This document shows, piece after piece, positions 38,507 through 51,100 of a DNA stretch of 64,000 bases. The position numbers and the translations under genes are program-made. The DNA comes from Camelus dromedarius (taxonomy: Eukaryota): contig NC_087436.1 in NCBI RefSeq assembly GCF_036321535.1, forward strand, positions 82,462,001 through 82,526,000, in the 5' to 3' direction. The notes under the pieces were generated by a model. The model worked only from the letters and a program-made list of their open reading frames with translations. It ran no database searches and was not told the origin of the DNA. Every line of letters starts with the position of its first letter. Position 1 is the first letter of the stretch.

Positions 38507-39945
38507 AATGGTGACATAATGGTTTTATTATTTCAGAGGGAAGAATAGATACGAAATGGAACAAAGAAGTGACTGTCAAATAGGATTTCTGAGTCGCTAA
38601 TGCAGGATTAACCTTGAAAGCCAGACTTCGTCAAGTGAAAAAGGGCTTTAAAACTTCCTTCAGCATGCATTAATTTACTAAGAAACAGAACTGGTGGGTG
38701 GGAAGTTTCTTCTGATTGAAAGAATACAGAAAATACGAAGAAAATCCTTGCCATAAGGGAAGAGAAAAGAGGGTAGCAGGCTACTTCTGATCCAGTGTTT
38801 TATGGGAAAGAAGATGGTATGTGGAGATGGTATGATGGTAGTGGAGTCAGGTATTAAGAATCCAGTAACCTGGCTTCCCACTCCAACCTCCACCCTAGTG
38901 TTTCTGTTTATCTAGTTCCAACTCTTATCATACTTCTTTATGTCGTGAGGAATAAAGTTGGGTGGAGTATTAGTGGCTTTCCATTGCACTTGGGGTAAAG
39001 TCCTAATTCCTTACCATAGCCTATAAAACCTTATATGAGTTGGCTCTTATGTCCAGATTTTCACAACCATAGTAGCTTAGCCAAATAAGGGTTTATTTTT
39101 CTCATTAGCCCAGAAGCAAGATATCCAGGATGGGTGCTACTACTTGAGGAAGTCATAAAAGACTCAGGGTCCTTCTTACTCCCTATTCTGCCATCCTCAT
39201 GTGTGGTTTTTGTTATTATGGTATCAGGATGGCTACTCCTTCTTTAGAAATTGTCCTCCTTTCAAGCAGAATAAAGGAGGGAGGGGAAATAGCAAACAGT
39301 TAATAATTCCTGCCAAATGAGCGAGTCTTTTTTCACCAGGAGAATAATAGCCTTCCCAGAAGACCTACACAGCAGGCTGCACATTCATCTCATTTTCCAG
39401 GAAGGGTCAAATGGCCCTTTTAACTGCAGGGATCTTGGTGAAAAAAATTTTTAACTGGACACATTTCTACATAACATCGAAGAAGGGAGAGTGGGTAAAT
39501 GGATATTGGGATACAGAGAGCTATGTCAACCATACTGGCCCACCTCTCTGGCTTCATTGCAGATCATGATTTCCCTGGCTTACTAGTGTGCTTTAGCACG
39601 TTGACATTTCTCTTTCTTGATTATGGCCAAGCTCTTTCCTGTCTCAAAGATTTTTGCACTTACAGTCCTCTCTGTCTGGAATGCTCTTTCCCCAACTTCT
39701 CAAGTGGCTGGCAACTTCACAAGTCTTAGGTATATTTCAAAATGCACCCTCCTCAGAAAAGCCTTCTTGGATACCCCTCTCTTGTAATCTAAAGAAGCCA
39801 TATCTGCTTCAATTATTCTTTTCCACAGCAAGTTGTCTATTTCCTTCATTGCACTGTAATCCCCAGTTTGTTTACTTACTTATGGTTGATTCCCTTCCTC
39901 TAGAAAGTAAGCTTCATGAAAGCATGGCCTTGTCCATTTTGTTCA

Positions 39946-40477
39946 TTAAGGGGTTCAGAATGAGTCTCCCTTAAATGTGCCACTTTCGCACATGAATTAT
40001 TTTGAGGTGAAGACAACTGAGGATCAAAAGACTCAGGAAGAGCTTTTTTACCACCCCCTTAACTGCCTAAAAGAATTCAGATAGAGGGCTTGGTCCAGAA
40101 AGAGGTATTACCAGAGATAACTATAAAGAGTGTGAGCTGGGGGGAGTTCAGTGGACCTGTTTGTTCAAATTCCTTGCTGTATCCCATTGTCTCTGCATGT
40201 GGCATGACAAACTGTTTATCAAACATGTGCTCTTCCCATTTTCCTATGAATTGTCTTCCTTCCCTTTGAAGATCCAGATGCCTACCTTCTTCTCCTTAGC
40301 TAAGAATGGCCTATTAGCTTTAATTGCCTGATTGTCTTTGACCCTCTCATGTCTGTGTGACATGTGGGCTCCTGTGTGTATGAAATCGAATTTGTTTTTC
40401 TCCTGTTAATCCGTCTTAATTAATAAATTAGACCAAAAACCCTAAAAGGGTAGAAGAAAAAATTTTCCTCCCTGACT
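39946..40477 (+). mobile_element. ERV1 solo LTR (MER34-like) inserted in an L2 3' end
   Basis: (T)AAGGGGTTCAGAA...TGCCACTTT start; 4-bp TSD TTCA at 39942 and 40478. Confidence 0.72.
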
Positions 40478-41237
40478 TTCACAGTTGTATTCCTGGCATC
40501 TAGGGCAGTGCTTGGTAAATAGTAAGTAATCAGTTAACATTTGTTATATACAAAATGAATGGAAAAAGGGGGAGATAGTTGGAATTCTTAATCATTCTTG
40601 TTTTTAGCATACTTATCAATTTCAGTAATTATGTACACGGTTTTCCTGTTTAAAATATTTATTTCTCAGTCTCTTGTGCCTGTCTCACCAACTATTATAA
40701 GAAGCACTTAAATGTTGGTATCTGGCTTCTAAATAAAAATATACAGTAGAAAACAAAAGCCCTGAGGACACCCATTTAATTTAGGATGTGGGTAGTTGGC
40801 CAGTAATATAAAATAGTAAATATTCAAGATGGCATTTCAGTTCTGCCCAAGTGGGCTGCAGCACACACACACTACAGTCTTGCAGACTGCGGAATGCATG
40901 TCCCTGAAGAGAGGAACATAGGAGACCCCGCTGTCTGCGCTAACTGTGGTGCAGTCTCAGTGCCAGGGAGTTGGTTTTGTTTGCATAGTTATGTGTTTGC
41001 ATAGTTGTTTGCTTAGTTCTTTAAACTAAGTCAACTCCGACTTTCCTTTAAGGAATGTAGAGTCGGAAGACTAGGGCTTGAAGAACTTCCTATGTGAACT
41101 TCTTTCTGTTTCTCCCGTTCTTTGATCAGAGGTTTTGTGACTCACTGCCTTACTCTTCTTCTCCCTAAAGACTAATTTGTCAGTTGAACTAATTTGAGCT
41201 GAATCTTTTTAATAGAGCCTGCCCAATACATTTCCAG

Positions 41238-41625
41238 TGTTAAAAAAGGAACAAATTCAAAACAAAGTCACTTATGTTAAGTCCCACATAAACAAACCAA
41301 AACTCAATACTTAATTGCAGTTTCAGCCTCTCCTGGAATTGTGATTTTAAACCTATCAGTCTGGAATTTCCTGATCAACATTAGTGCAGTAATCAGCATG
41401 ATTAATTCCTCCCTTTTTCCCAAAGAAAGGTGACTGTGCCTGAAATAATCCTTTCTTTTCTTTTTCACTTCCTTGTCCCACTCCTTCCTGACTTTAAAAA
41501 CCTTCCATTTGTACAGCTCCTTAGAGCTCCTTTCTATTTATTAGATAGGATGCTGCCTGGTTCATGAATTATTTAATAAAGCCAATTATTTTCAAATTTA
41601 CTCAGTTGAATTTTGTTTTTTAATG
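41238..41625 (+). mobile_element. ERV1 solo LTR
   Basis: TGTTAAAAAA start; 4-bp TSD CCAG at 41234 and 41626; related to 17829-18193. Confidence 0.75.
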
Positions 41626-41779
41626 CCAGTTTAAACAGAGGTTAATAGCTGTTACCAACATTGAAAGTGAAGTTTATAAGATTACAGGAAGCCAAGTCCT
41701 TTTATTTTTTAAAAGGCAAGCATATTTTAATAATAGTACTTTGCTAACTGGATAAATTATTAAAGATAAACAAAGCTGG

Positions 41780-42940
41780 ATATTACTTACAGTGGTAAGG
41801 ACATATTTTATTCAATAAACACTACACTATGAACTGAATCCACTTCCCTGAAAGAGAAGACTGGAAACTTTTCAAAGGCTGAAGTGTGCTAAGGGAAAGG
41901 CACTAAGGGGTGGTAAGGGGGTGGGTGGGTGAACCATGTGACTAGGCCATCTGGTCTGTTAATTGACATCTGTCAGAGGAGAAACAAACTTCTCCTATCT
42001 TTATGACAGGAGGCAGTAGTGCAAGCTGAAGAAAGGCACCCACTGAGGTTAGGTCCTTATCCTCTGCCAAGGATGTGGAGGTAGCACAGTTATCTTCCTG
42101 AATATTTGCATTTTAAAGACAGGGGCTCTCAGGGCCTTAAGGAAACAGTTCTGAGTGGTAGATTTATATCACAAAGGGCAGAGAAAGGATTTATATTTGC
42201 AAGCTTTCTAAAGAAACTGCTCCAGGAAAGGGGTCTCGGATCTGTCTGCCTATCCTGGTTTTGCCTGGAACAAACAGTAAATTCTGGCAGCGTTGAGCTC
42301 TTCTAGGCAGGTATTTTATAGAGGTGGGGATAGGGGCACTGGGATTATCCTAGGGACAAGGCTTTAAGCTGTTAGAAGCCATATCAGAGCAATGAAATAA
42401 AATTTATATTTTAAGGCACAAGAAAAAAATTAAACATAAAATTGTTTGTTTGGGTCTCCCTCCCTAATGTGCAGCGTGCCTCTGCATTACACTTAACCAG
42501 AACTTCTCAAAGATGGGAGTGCCTGCTCAATCTTAAAGATCAATTTGTTCCCTTTATTCTGACGCTAACAATGTAACTTCTTAAAAGAATATGTTCCTTC
42601 CCACTTTGTGTGTGTATGTTGGGAGGAGGGGTCCATATTGACTCAATGGCCTTGCAGAAGCTTACCTGGACTATGTATCTCTGGTGAACTTCATGTGAAA
42701 TTTCAGTATGTCATTTTGCTGTATGATCCTTTGACTCAAATACGTATGACTGAGCCTTCGTCTTCTAACGAAGCTTTCTGAGAATCTGCTTCCCAGGTTA
42801 AAATCTTCAGTTTGGCTCCAATAAAATTCCTTTTTTTCTTCTTAACTTAGTAGTTAATTGAATGTTCGCTGACAAGAGTTTGGTCAAGTCTCTTAGTGCA
42901 GACGTTTAGATGCCAAGAGCTCTACGTCTTCAGCACAGTT
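41780..42940 (-). mobile_element. Older ERV1 LTR (MER31/MER67-like) interrupted by 42390-42874
   Basis: Segments such as ggcagagaaaggatttatatttgcaagctttct resemble this group; sequence is continuous across the AGAG TSD; ends approximate. Confidence 0.5.
42390..42874 (+). mobile_element. ERV1 solo LTR just upstream of the NUDT9 promoter
   Basis: 4-bp TSD AGAG at 42386 and 42875; AATAAA (~42820); reverse-complement homolog of 54182-54683. Confidence 0.82.
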
Positions 42941-43299
42941 GTTAAAAGTTTGGTAAATCTGGCTTTTCAAATGGTCAAAAGTTTTACAATGTCTGTATAC
43001 CACACCTCTGAAACAATGGATTGTGTACTAAAAGTTAAATTTTCGAAGATATTAATAAGATAGTATCAAAGATGAAACCCAGATTACAAACTGTTTTGGA
43101 TAATCTTGATTTCCAACTTTCAGTTTGGCAGTGTGACTAATTTTTGCCTCTTGAGTTATCTCGTGTGTGGCCCTGTTCCTCCTCCAGGCTATGTGCGGGT
43201 TTGCCAGAGCCACACCCGTCGAACTTCACTCACTGCATCCCCAGATACGAGGACTGTAAGTCTCCTCCCTACCTCCTTTTCCTGTAACCACTTATTATT

Positions 43300-44000
43300 C
43301 AGATATGACTAGGACGCGCGTGGTTCACTACGTCAGGGCCTGTAATATCTTTTCTGCCGAAAAAACCAGGACAACACACTTCTCTCTGACCCCTTGCTTT
43401 CTTCTCCCTTCTAATTTTCTTCGTCTCCTTTCACTTCCTCCTTTCTTTTCCGCTTTCTCGGTACCACAGCCTCCCCCCACACCTCCACCTCGTCCCAAAT
43501 GCGCCTCAGCCAGACTAGGAAAACGAGGAATGCAAGCGCTACGGAGCCGGCACCGTCTTCGCTTTGCGACACGGCCGTAAAGTGCCGTCACGCACCGGGG
43601 ACGTCACGGCCCGCGTGGCTGTTTCCCCTGACGGCGGACGCCAGCGCTGGGAGCGTGAGGGTAGAGGTGTTCTGTTATTTTGAGAGAGCTTTTGGTCTCT
43701 GTGTTGATAAGATAGATATAGCTACTCCCTCTCCGGAGCGGGAGGGCGAGCCGGTCCCAGCGCTCGCTGGACACCCGGGCTGGGGCGCGGGGCTGTGACG
43801 CGGGCGGAGGCTGCGGCCCAAACTAAGAGCGCTCGTTCCCACGCTGATGGCCGGACGCGTCCTGGGAACGACTTTAGCCACCGTGTCTTTCTCTGTGGCC
43901 TTGGCCTCTGTGACTGTCAAGTCCTCGGGCAGTTGCAGCATCCCGGCGTGCAGGTATTTTCTCTTCCAGTGCTGGCGGCTCCTCCCAACTCCTTGGGTTG
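43300..44000 (+). promoter_or_regulatory. NUDT9: NUDT9 CpG-island promoter / 5' UTR
   Basis: Only CpG-dense segment in the window; CRE-like GACGTCAC at 43600-43607; GC boxes (ggggcgcgggg, gggcgg) before the ATG at 43847. Confidence 0.85.
43847..43953 (+). CDS. NUDT9: NUDT9 ADP-ribose pyrophosphatase coding exon 1 (mitochondrial presequence region)
   Basis: ATG GCC GGA CGC... gives MAGRVLGTTLATVSFSVALASVTVKSSGSCSIPAC(R), then AG|gtattt donor; lies in a CpG island. Confidence 0.93.
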
Positions 44001-44844
44001 CGGGTGGGAACCAGTTTCTGGTCCGGTGGATTCAGTAGGCTTTGCCTGCTTCCCGGATTTTTACAGCCATGTATACGTTTTTAAAAGGCTCTAAAATGTT
44101 TTATCTGCCTTTTAAGAGAAGCAAGTGGTAGTGACTTTTCTTATGGTATTGAAATTTGCCATCCTCCATGACTCACTAACACACAACATTATTGCCCCCA
44201 GAGGGTTTAAATAGCTCTTGTTTGGTTGTGGTGTTGTCCCTTGCCATTTATTTTCTTTTGTTTAATACTTAAAACATTATTATTAAAATTAGTACACGCA
44301 CGAAGTTTAAAGATGTGAACAGTATAAATGGTGTAAAATTAAAAATATAAGCCGTCATTCCTCTCCTGTACTTACACATTTCTGTGTAGATAATATATTT
44401 ATTATTTACCTTTTTAAATTTGCCTTGTATAAATTTAGGGATTTACAGTATCTTACACAGCCTCCTTTTATTCCTCTCTCCTTCAGGTTTGTAACCACAG
44501 TGTCCTAGGTACCACTCTAGGCACAGAGTAATAAATATTAAGAGGCTGCTTCTAGGAGTGGGTTTTTTTTAGTGCTTTTTGCTTGGTATGTCATGTTTAC
44601 TTTAGACGCAAGGACATTTTCTTCTATTTCCCCCCCCCCTCCCATTTTTCTCTTGTCCTGTCCTTTTTCCCCCTGGACCTTCTGGAAAAAGCCTCTGTTT
44701 CTCTTTTTCTCTCATTTTCTATTGGTTTGTCTTTTTGTACGATGTTCTTAGAGATTGTCCTCAAATTTATCTTCCAGACTACCAATTCAGACTTCAGTCC
44801 TGTGCAGTCCATAGGTCATCTCTTCTGTATTTGACAGTAACTTT

Positions 44845-46290
44845 TTCTTATTTATTCAGTTTTACTGAGATATAGTTGACATACAGCACTGCTTGAGTGG
44901 AAGGTGTACAGCATAATAATTTGACTTATATACATCATGAAATGATTACCGCAGTAAGTTTAGTGAACAGCCTTCATCTCATACAGATACAAAATTAAAG
45001 ATACAGAACAAAAATTTTTCCCTTACGATGAGAACTCTTAGGATTTACTCTCTTAACAACTTTCATATGTAACATACAGCAGTGATAATTATATTTATTG
45101 TGTAATATATTATATCCCTAGTACTTATTTATCTTCTAACTGGAAGTTTGTACCTTTTGGCCATCTTCATTTAGTTTTCCCTCCCCAACCCCTGCCTCTC
45201 TGGTAACCATGAATCTGTTCTCTTTTTCTATGAGTTTGTTTTTGAAGTATGAAGGATCTGCAACACTTTGTTAGTTCTTGGTACACACCATAATGATTTG
45301 ATATTTCTATACATTTCAAAATGACCACCATGATAAAGAACTCTAGTTGCTCTGTCACCATATAAAGATAATACATAATATATAATCATAGAGGCGTTCA
45401 CAAAAGCAGTTACGTTGACAGCCTCTATCCCTCAAAGATTTCCATCACAACTGGTCACTTATAGTTTCCTTTGAATTTTAACCAAAACTGGATTAAAGTA
45501 TTTGGGGGTTTTGATAATTTTAATTCATCTCTATATTCTCCACACTGTACATTTCACACATGTGACCCATTTAGTTTGTAACTGAAAGTTTTTTCTCTTT
45601 TTTGGGGGTAGGGCAGTAAGTAATTAGTTTTTTTTTTTTTTTAATGGAGGTACTGGGGATTGAACTTAGGATCTTGTGCATGCTAGGCACACTCTTCACC
45701 AGTGAGGTATACCCTCCTTTTGTAACTAAGTTTGTAGCTCCAGCTCCCTCATCTATTTCTCTCCTCCCACCTACCCCCCACCCCTTTGGTGAATACCTAT
45801 TTGTTCTCTGTATCTATGACTCTGTTTCTGTTTAGTATGTTTGTTCATTTGTTTAGATTCCACATATAAATGAAATCATAGAATGTTTGTCTTTCTCTGT
45901 CTGATATATTCTACTTAGCATAATTCCCTCTAGGTCCATCCATGTTGTTGCAAATGGTAAGATTTCATTCTTTTTATGGCTGAGTAATATTCCATTGTAT
46001 ATATATACCATATCTTTATTCATTCACCTATGAATGGGCACTTAGGTTGCTTCCATATCATGGCTATTGTAAATAATGCTGCAGTGAACATAGGGCTGCA
46101 TATATCTTTTGGAATTAGTGTTACTGTTTTCTTCGGATAAATACCCAGGAGTGGAGTTGCTGGATTGAATGGTAGTTCTCTTAATTTTTTGTTTTCCATA
46201 GTGTCTGTACCAACTTACATTCCCACCAACAGTACATGGAGTTCCCTTTTCTCCACATCCTCTCCAACACTTGTTATCTGTTGTCTTTTT
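44845..46290 (-). mobile_element. L1 (L1MA-like) 3' end in NUDT9 intron 1, interrupted
   Basis: Antisense L1 3' UTR and ORF2 end; interrupted by an unknown insert (~45380-45530) and a SINE. Confidence 0.8.
45592..45717 (-). mobile_element. Vic-1-like SINE
   Basis: Antisense tRNA-Ala-like head with T-rich tail; imperfect TSD ttgtaact(ga)aagttt. Confidence 0.85.
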
Positions 46291-46381
46291 TTTTTTTTAT
46301 CACAAGATGTGATCAAGAATGCAAAGTTCTTAGGTTGGATGGTAAATTCCCAGGGATTGATTTTATTATGTTTTTTAACTT

Positions 46382-46476
46382 ACACACACACACACATTTT
46401 TAATGATACTGGGGATTGAACCCAGGACCTTGTGCATGCTAAGCATACACTCTACAACTGAGGTATACCTCCCCTC
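46382..46476 (-). mobile_element. Vic-1-like SINE
   Basis: ggggattgaacccaggaccttgtgcatgctaagc...; flanking repeat aacttaca. Confidence 0.82.
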
Positions 46477-47643
46477 AACTTACATATATATTGACAGAAC
46501 ATTTTTTCCCGAATTGCTCTCTTTTATAGCAGTGTTTTCTTATTTTATGGCTATAAAATGTCTTTTGAATCTATGAAAATGATAATTAGAATAAAAAATT
46601 ATCTTTTACTTTTTGAATTGACTATTTTGGGTCAGTGGTTCTGTTCCTTTTTGGTCCTTTTTCCTTTTTTTCCAAACATCTGGTAAATGCCTGTTATTTA
46701 TATTTTGATTAATGTAGGTATTATTTTCTCTAAATTGGAGGACTACTTGAATATTGGCTCCTTCTGCCAGTGCACCTAGACTAGAAGGTTTCACTTGGGG
46801 GTGTGTGAGCTGGTACCAGGTGGACAGACTGGGAATGTCCCTCTTCCCCTTTCCTTCCAGGCTTTACACTGGAGCAACTTCTCTGTTGGGCATAGCTGTG
46901 TTGACTGTTACCTCCTCATTGTGAATTGTAGAGATATTAAGCCTAAGTTTCTACTGTGTTCTTCAATACCAACATTCCCAATAGAGGTTCTAGTCTTCAT
47001 TTTCTTTAAATTTTGGTTTTTATCCTAGGGGCAGACAGCTAACGCTGGCTTCTCGTTTGAAGGATAGGGAGGGAGGAGGACTGATTTCCGTGGTTACTGT
47101 TACACTGCCTACTTAACATTTGGGCCCACTTATTTCAAGCTTGAAATCTCCTCTTGTAGGAAGGGCATCTCTCCTTCACCTTTTTGTGTGTATTCTCAAA
47201 TATAATGTGTTCTACTTTGGTTTGTAGGTCAATATGATTCCATCTACTTTTTATCTTCCTGAAATTGGTTAAAATCTCCTTCACTAGTGGTATGCTATTC
47301 TCTCTTCTGCTGTGGATTTTGTTGCCTTTTATACATCTTTATCTCTTTTCAGTGAAATTGGGAAGGGAAGGAATAAACATCTAAACTCTCTGAAGTCACT
47401 AGTGCTATTTTTGATAGATACCACTAGAACAATGGAATACTGCTTAGCAGTTATTCTTCATTTTTAGAATGCTGGGGACCCTACGTGAAGTGGGATATAT
47501 CTAAAACCAGTGACTGCTTACTGATATGAAAGAAAAAGCCAAAAGTTAAGCCAACAAGTCTGTGTTGAGTGTCTGGTATATTATATTACAAAGCATCCTG
47601 GAAAAGACAGAAGAAATTTATCATCAAGAATTTTACCACACTT

Positions 47644-48381
47644 AGAAAAGAGAGCCCTCCTACACTGTTGGTGGGAATGCAGTTTGGTGCAGCCATTATG
47701 GAAAACAGTATGGAGATTCCTCAAAAAACTAAAAACAGACTTATCACATGATCTGGCAGTTCCACTCCTGGGCGTATATCCAGAGGGAACTCTAATTCGA
47801 AAAGATACATGCACCGTAATGTTCATAACAGCATTATTTACAATAGCCACATCATGGAAACAACCTAAATGTCCATCAACAGATGACTGGATAAAGAAGC
47901 TGTGGTATATTTATACAATGGAGTACTACTCAGCCATAAAAAAAGAATAATGCTATTTGCAGCAACATGGATGGACCTGGAGATCATCATCCTAAGTGAA
48001 GTAAGCCAGAAAGAGAAAGAAAAATACCATATGACATCACTCCTATATGGACTCTAAAAAGAGAAAAAAGAAGACACTAATGAACTTACCTACAAAACAG
48101 AAACAAACTCCCAGACATAGTAAATGTATTATGGTTACAGGGTCCGGGAAAGGAGGTGAGAAGGGATAAACTGGGAGCTCAAGATTTGCTAATATTAACT
48201 AGTATATATAAAATAGATAAACAAGTTTCTTGCACAGAGAACTATATTCAGTATCTTATAACCTATAATAAAAAAATATGAAAATGAATATATGTATGTA
48301 TATGTATGACTAAAACACTCTATACACCAGAAATAATTGACGCATTGTAAACTGATTATTCTTCAATTTAAAAAAAAAAGA
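47644..48381 (+). mobile_element. 5'-truncated L1, sense orientation in NUDT9 intron 1
   Basis: ORF2 C-terminus ([17 protein letters not shown]...), 3' UTR and A-tail; perfect 15-bp TSD aattttaccacactt at 47629 and 48382. Confidence 0.93.
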
Positions 48382-49377
48382 AATTTTACCACACTTTGAT
48401 AATTTGTGCAAAACTAGAAAGTCACAGTTTTGCAGTTGGCTTGTGATTTGACTAGAAAGTTGTGAATGACTATTTTCTAGAAAAAAAATGGTTAGTATAT
48501 AAAAATGTAATGAGTGTTTCCATATTTTCCAACAGAATCTGTCAGCAACATGTGTGGAGAATGGTATATGTTTTATTTCTGTAAATACATGTAAACATAT
48601 GTGTGAGCTAAAAATGAAGTTAGGATAGTATAGCATAATCTTAAGAGCCTGAAATATGGACCCAGTTTGCCTAGGACTGGATCCTGATTCGGCTGTCAGT
48701 TGTGTGACCGTGGTAAACTTATTTAGCCTCTCTCAGCCTTAGTGGTCTTATTTCCAAAGTAGGGATCATAGTAACTAAACTTAGAGTTGCAAGGATCAAA
48801 TGAATTAATATGTTACAGCACAAGAGCAGTGCCTTGCACACAGCATACACTAATATATACATTTAGCTATTATGGCTGTTAGTATTATTGCAAATATGTT
48901 TTATTTCAAAACACCATGTCAGTATTGTGTTTCTTTAAGTTTGACTTTTAGAAACTGGTTTTTGCTTTCTAAAATGAATTTTATCAGCTACTTAGTTCCC
49001 ACTTGCTTGACTAAATATATTTAGTAATGCCATAAAATAACCTAGGCTGTATATTACATATATTTTTGTTCTGATTCCTTTTGATATATCACATTTAAAT
49101 AGCAGATATGAACAGCAATATTAGCACTTCTCAGTGTGATAAAAATACATAGTCTGAATTTTTGCTGTTTTCTTGCAAAATTAAATTTGGGAAAGTAAAT
49201 CATCAAGTGTGTAAGTTTCTTTTGTCAGATGGATAGCAGATTTGTGAAATTCCGCATGCTTATTATTGCTAAATCAGAAATCAAAGAGCCTCAGACTTAA
49301 AAAATAATTTTGGTATTTGGTTGGGGTAGAATGGAACAGGATAAGTGTTTCCTGTTGGGCATCTCATTAATACCTTT

Positions 49378-49521
49378 TTTTTTTTAGTTTTTTTTTTTTT
49401 TTTTGTGGGGGTGGTAATTAGGTTTATTATTATTTTTTATTTTTACAGAGGTACAGGGGATTGAACCCAGGACCTCGTGCGTGCTAAGTAAGCACACAAG
49501 CACTGAGCTATACCCTCCTGC
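49378..49521 (-). mobile_element. Vic-1-like SINE
   Basis: Antisense tRNA-like head with T-tail; 15-bp TSD ctcattaataccttt at 49363 and 49522. Confidence 0.9.
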
Positions 49522-49839
49522 CTCATTAATACCTTTGACTTTTTTCTTACCCTACTCTCAAACTATGAAAAATAATGCTAACTTTAAAATAGAATTCAGA
49601 TAGAGACTAGGGCTCCATATGCAAAATTTTGTTTTTTTTACACACAGGTACCTGAAATATATTTGCTACTTTTGATAAATACATGTGTTCTAAATCTATT
49701 CATTTTTATTGAGTATGGGCCTAGGGTGGGTAAGGAAGATATTATTTTGAGTATTCATGATTTGGATTTCCAAAACTGTGGCAGTGTAAGCAAGCAAAAG
49801 CCATTATAACCTGAAAATAATGAATGAATCTACTGATTT

Positions 49840-51100
49840 CAGTAAAATCAGTCACACATTTTGGAAAAGGCAAAATGATGGAGACATTAAAACTGTTCGT
49901 GGCTGCCAGAGGTTGGTGGTGGTGGTGGGGCAGGTAGGGATGAACTAGTGGTGCTCAGGAGATTTTTAGTATAGTGAAACTACTCTGTATGATGCTGTAA
50001 TGATGGGTGCATGCCATTATACAGTTGTCCAAACCAGTAGAATGTACAACACCAAGACTTACCTTTAATGAAAACTGGTCAGGCAGAGCCAAGTTGCATG
50101 GCAGCTGGTTGCAGAGCCCTGGGGGATCCTGGAGCTAGTGCTGGCCCACTGGTGGGTAGAGATGGGTTCTGGGTTGGATGGTTGTGGGGCTGGGGTCCCT
50201 GATCTACTGTCAACCTGCTGGTGGGCGGAGCTGGGGCCCAGGGGATCCTAGGGCTGGTGCCCACCCACTGGTGTGCAAGGCTGAGTTCTGGACCCTCTGG
50301 TGGGCAGGGCTGGTCCCAGGCTAGTTGTGGGTTTAGGGCATCTTCAGGCTGCTCGCCTACTGATGGGTAGGGCTGTGTCCCCACCGAGCTAGCTGCTTGG
50401 CCTATGGCATCCCAGTATTTTTACTGACAGGCTTCTGGGTGGGTCCAGGTCCAGATGCTAATAAGCTGGAGGAAGGATTCCAAAAAGGCACTTGCAAGCA
50501 CCGGTGTTTTTGTGGCAGAAAGAGCTGTCAAAAAGACTGTCACCAGTGACTGTGTCCCCAGGGTGAGTCCTTCTTGCCTTCTGCCTCTCCAAGAGGCTCT
50601 CCAAGATGAGCAAGTGGGCTCTTTTCAAAATATTGCTTCTGCCCTGGGTCCCAGAGCATGAGAGTGGTGTTGAATTTTGGCAAACCTTTTTCTGCATCAA
50701 CTGAGATGATCAAATGCTTTTTTCCCTTCATTCTGTTAATGTAGTGTATTACATTATTTCATTTTTGTATGTTGAACTGTTCTTGCATTTCAGGAATAAA
50801 TCCCACTTGATCATGTTGTATAATCCTTTTAATATGCTGTTGAATTCTATTTGCTATATTTTATTGAGGATTTTTGCATTGATATTCATCAGGGATATTG
50901 GTCTTTAGTTTTCTGGTAGCATCTTTGTCTAGCTTTGGTAGCAAGGTAATAATAATGGTGGCTTCTTAGAAAGAATTGGGAAGTATTCCATCCTCTTCAG
51001 TTTTTTGGAAGTGTTTGAGGAGAATTGGTGTTAATTCTTTAACTGTTAAATAGAGCTCACCAGTGAAAGCATCGGCTCCTAAACTTTTCTTTGTTGGGAG
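49840..51100. mobile_element. Cluster of L1 fragments (sense L1M 3' UTR piece; antisense GC-rich L1 5' UTR piece; antisense ORF2 piece)
   Basis: 49840-50075 is L1MC/MD-like; 50078-50665 has repeated gctggcccactggtggg motifs typical of artiodactyl L1 5' UTR; 50665-51100 is ORF2 (KHLIISVDAEK on minus). Confidence 0.7.

Noticed and set aside
43305..44094. Several overlapping 63-99 aa ORFs on both strands
   Set aside because: Expected in a GC-rich CpG island; only NUDT9 exon 1 is supported.
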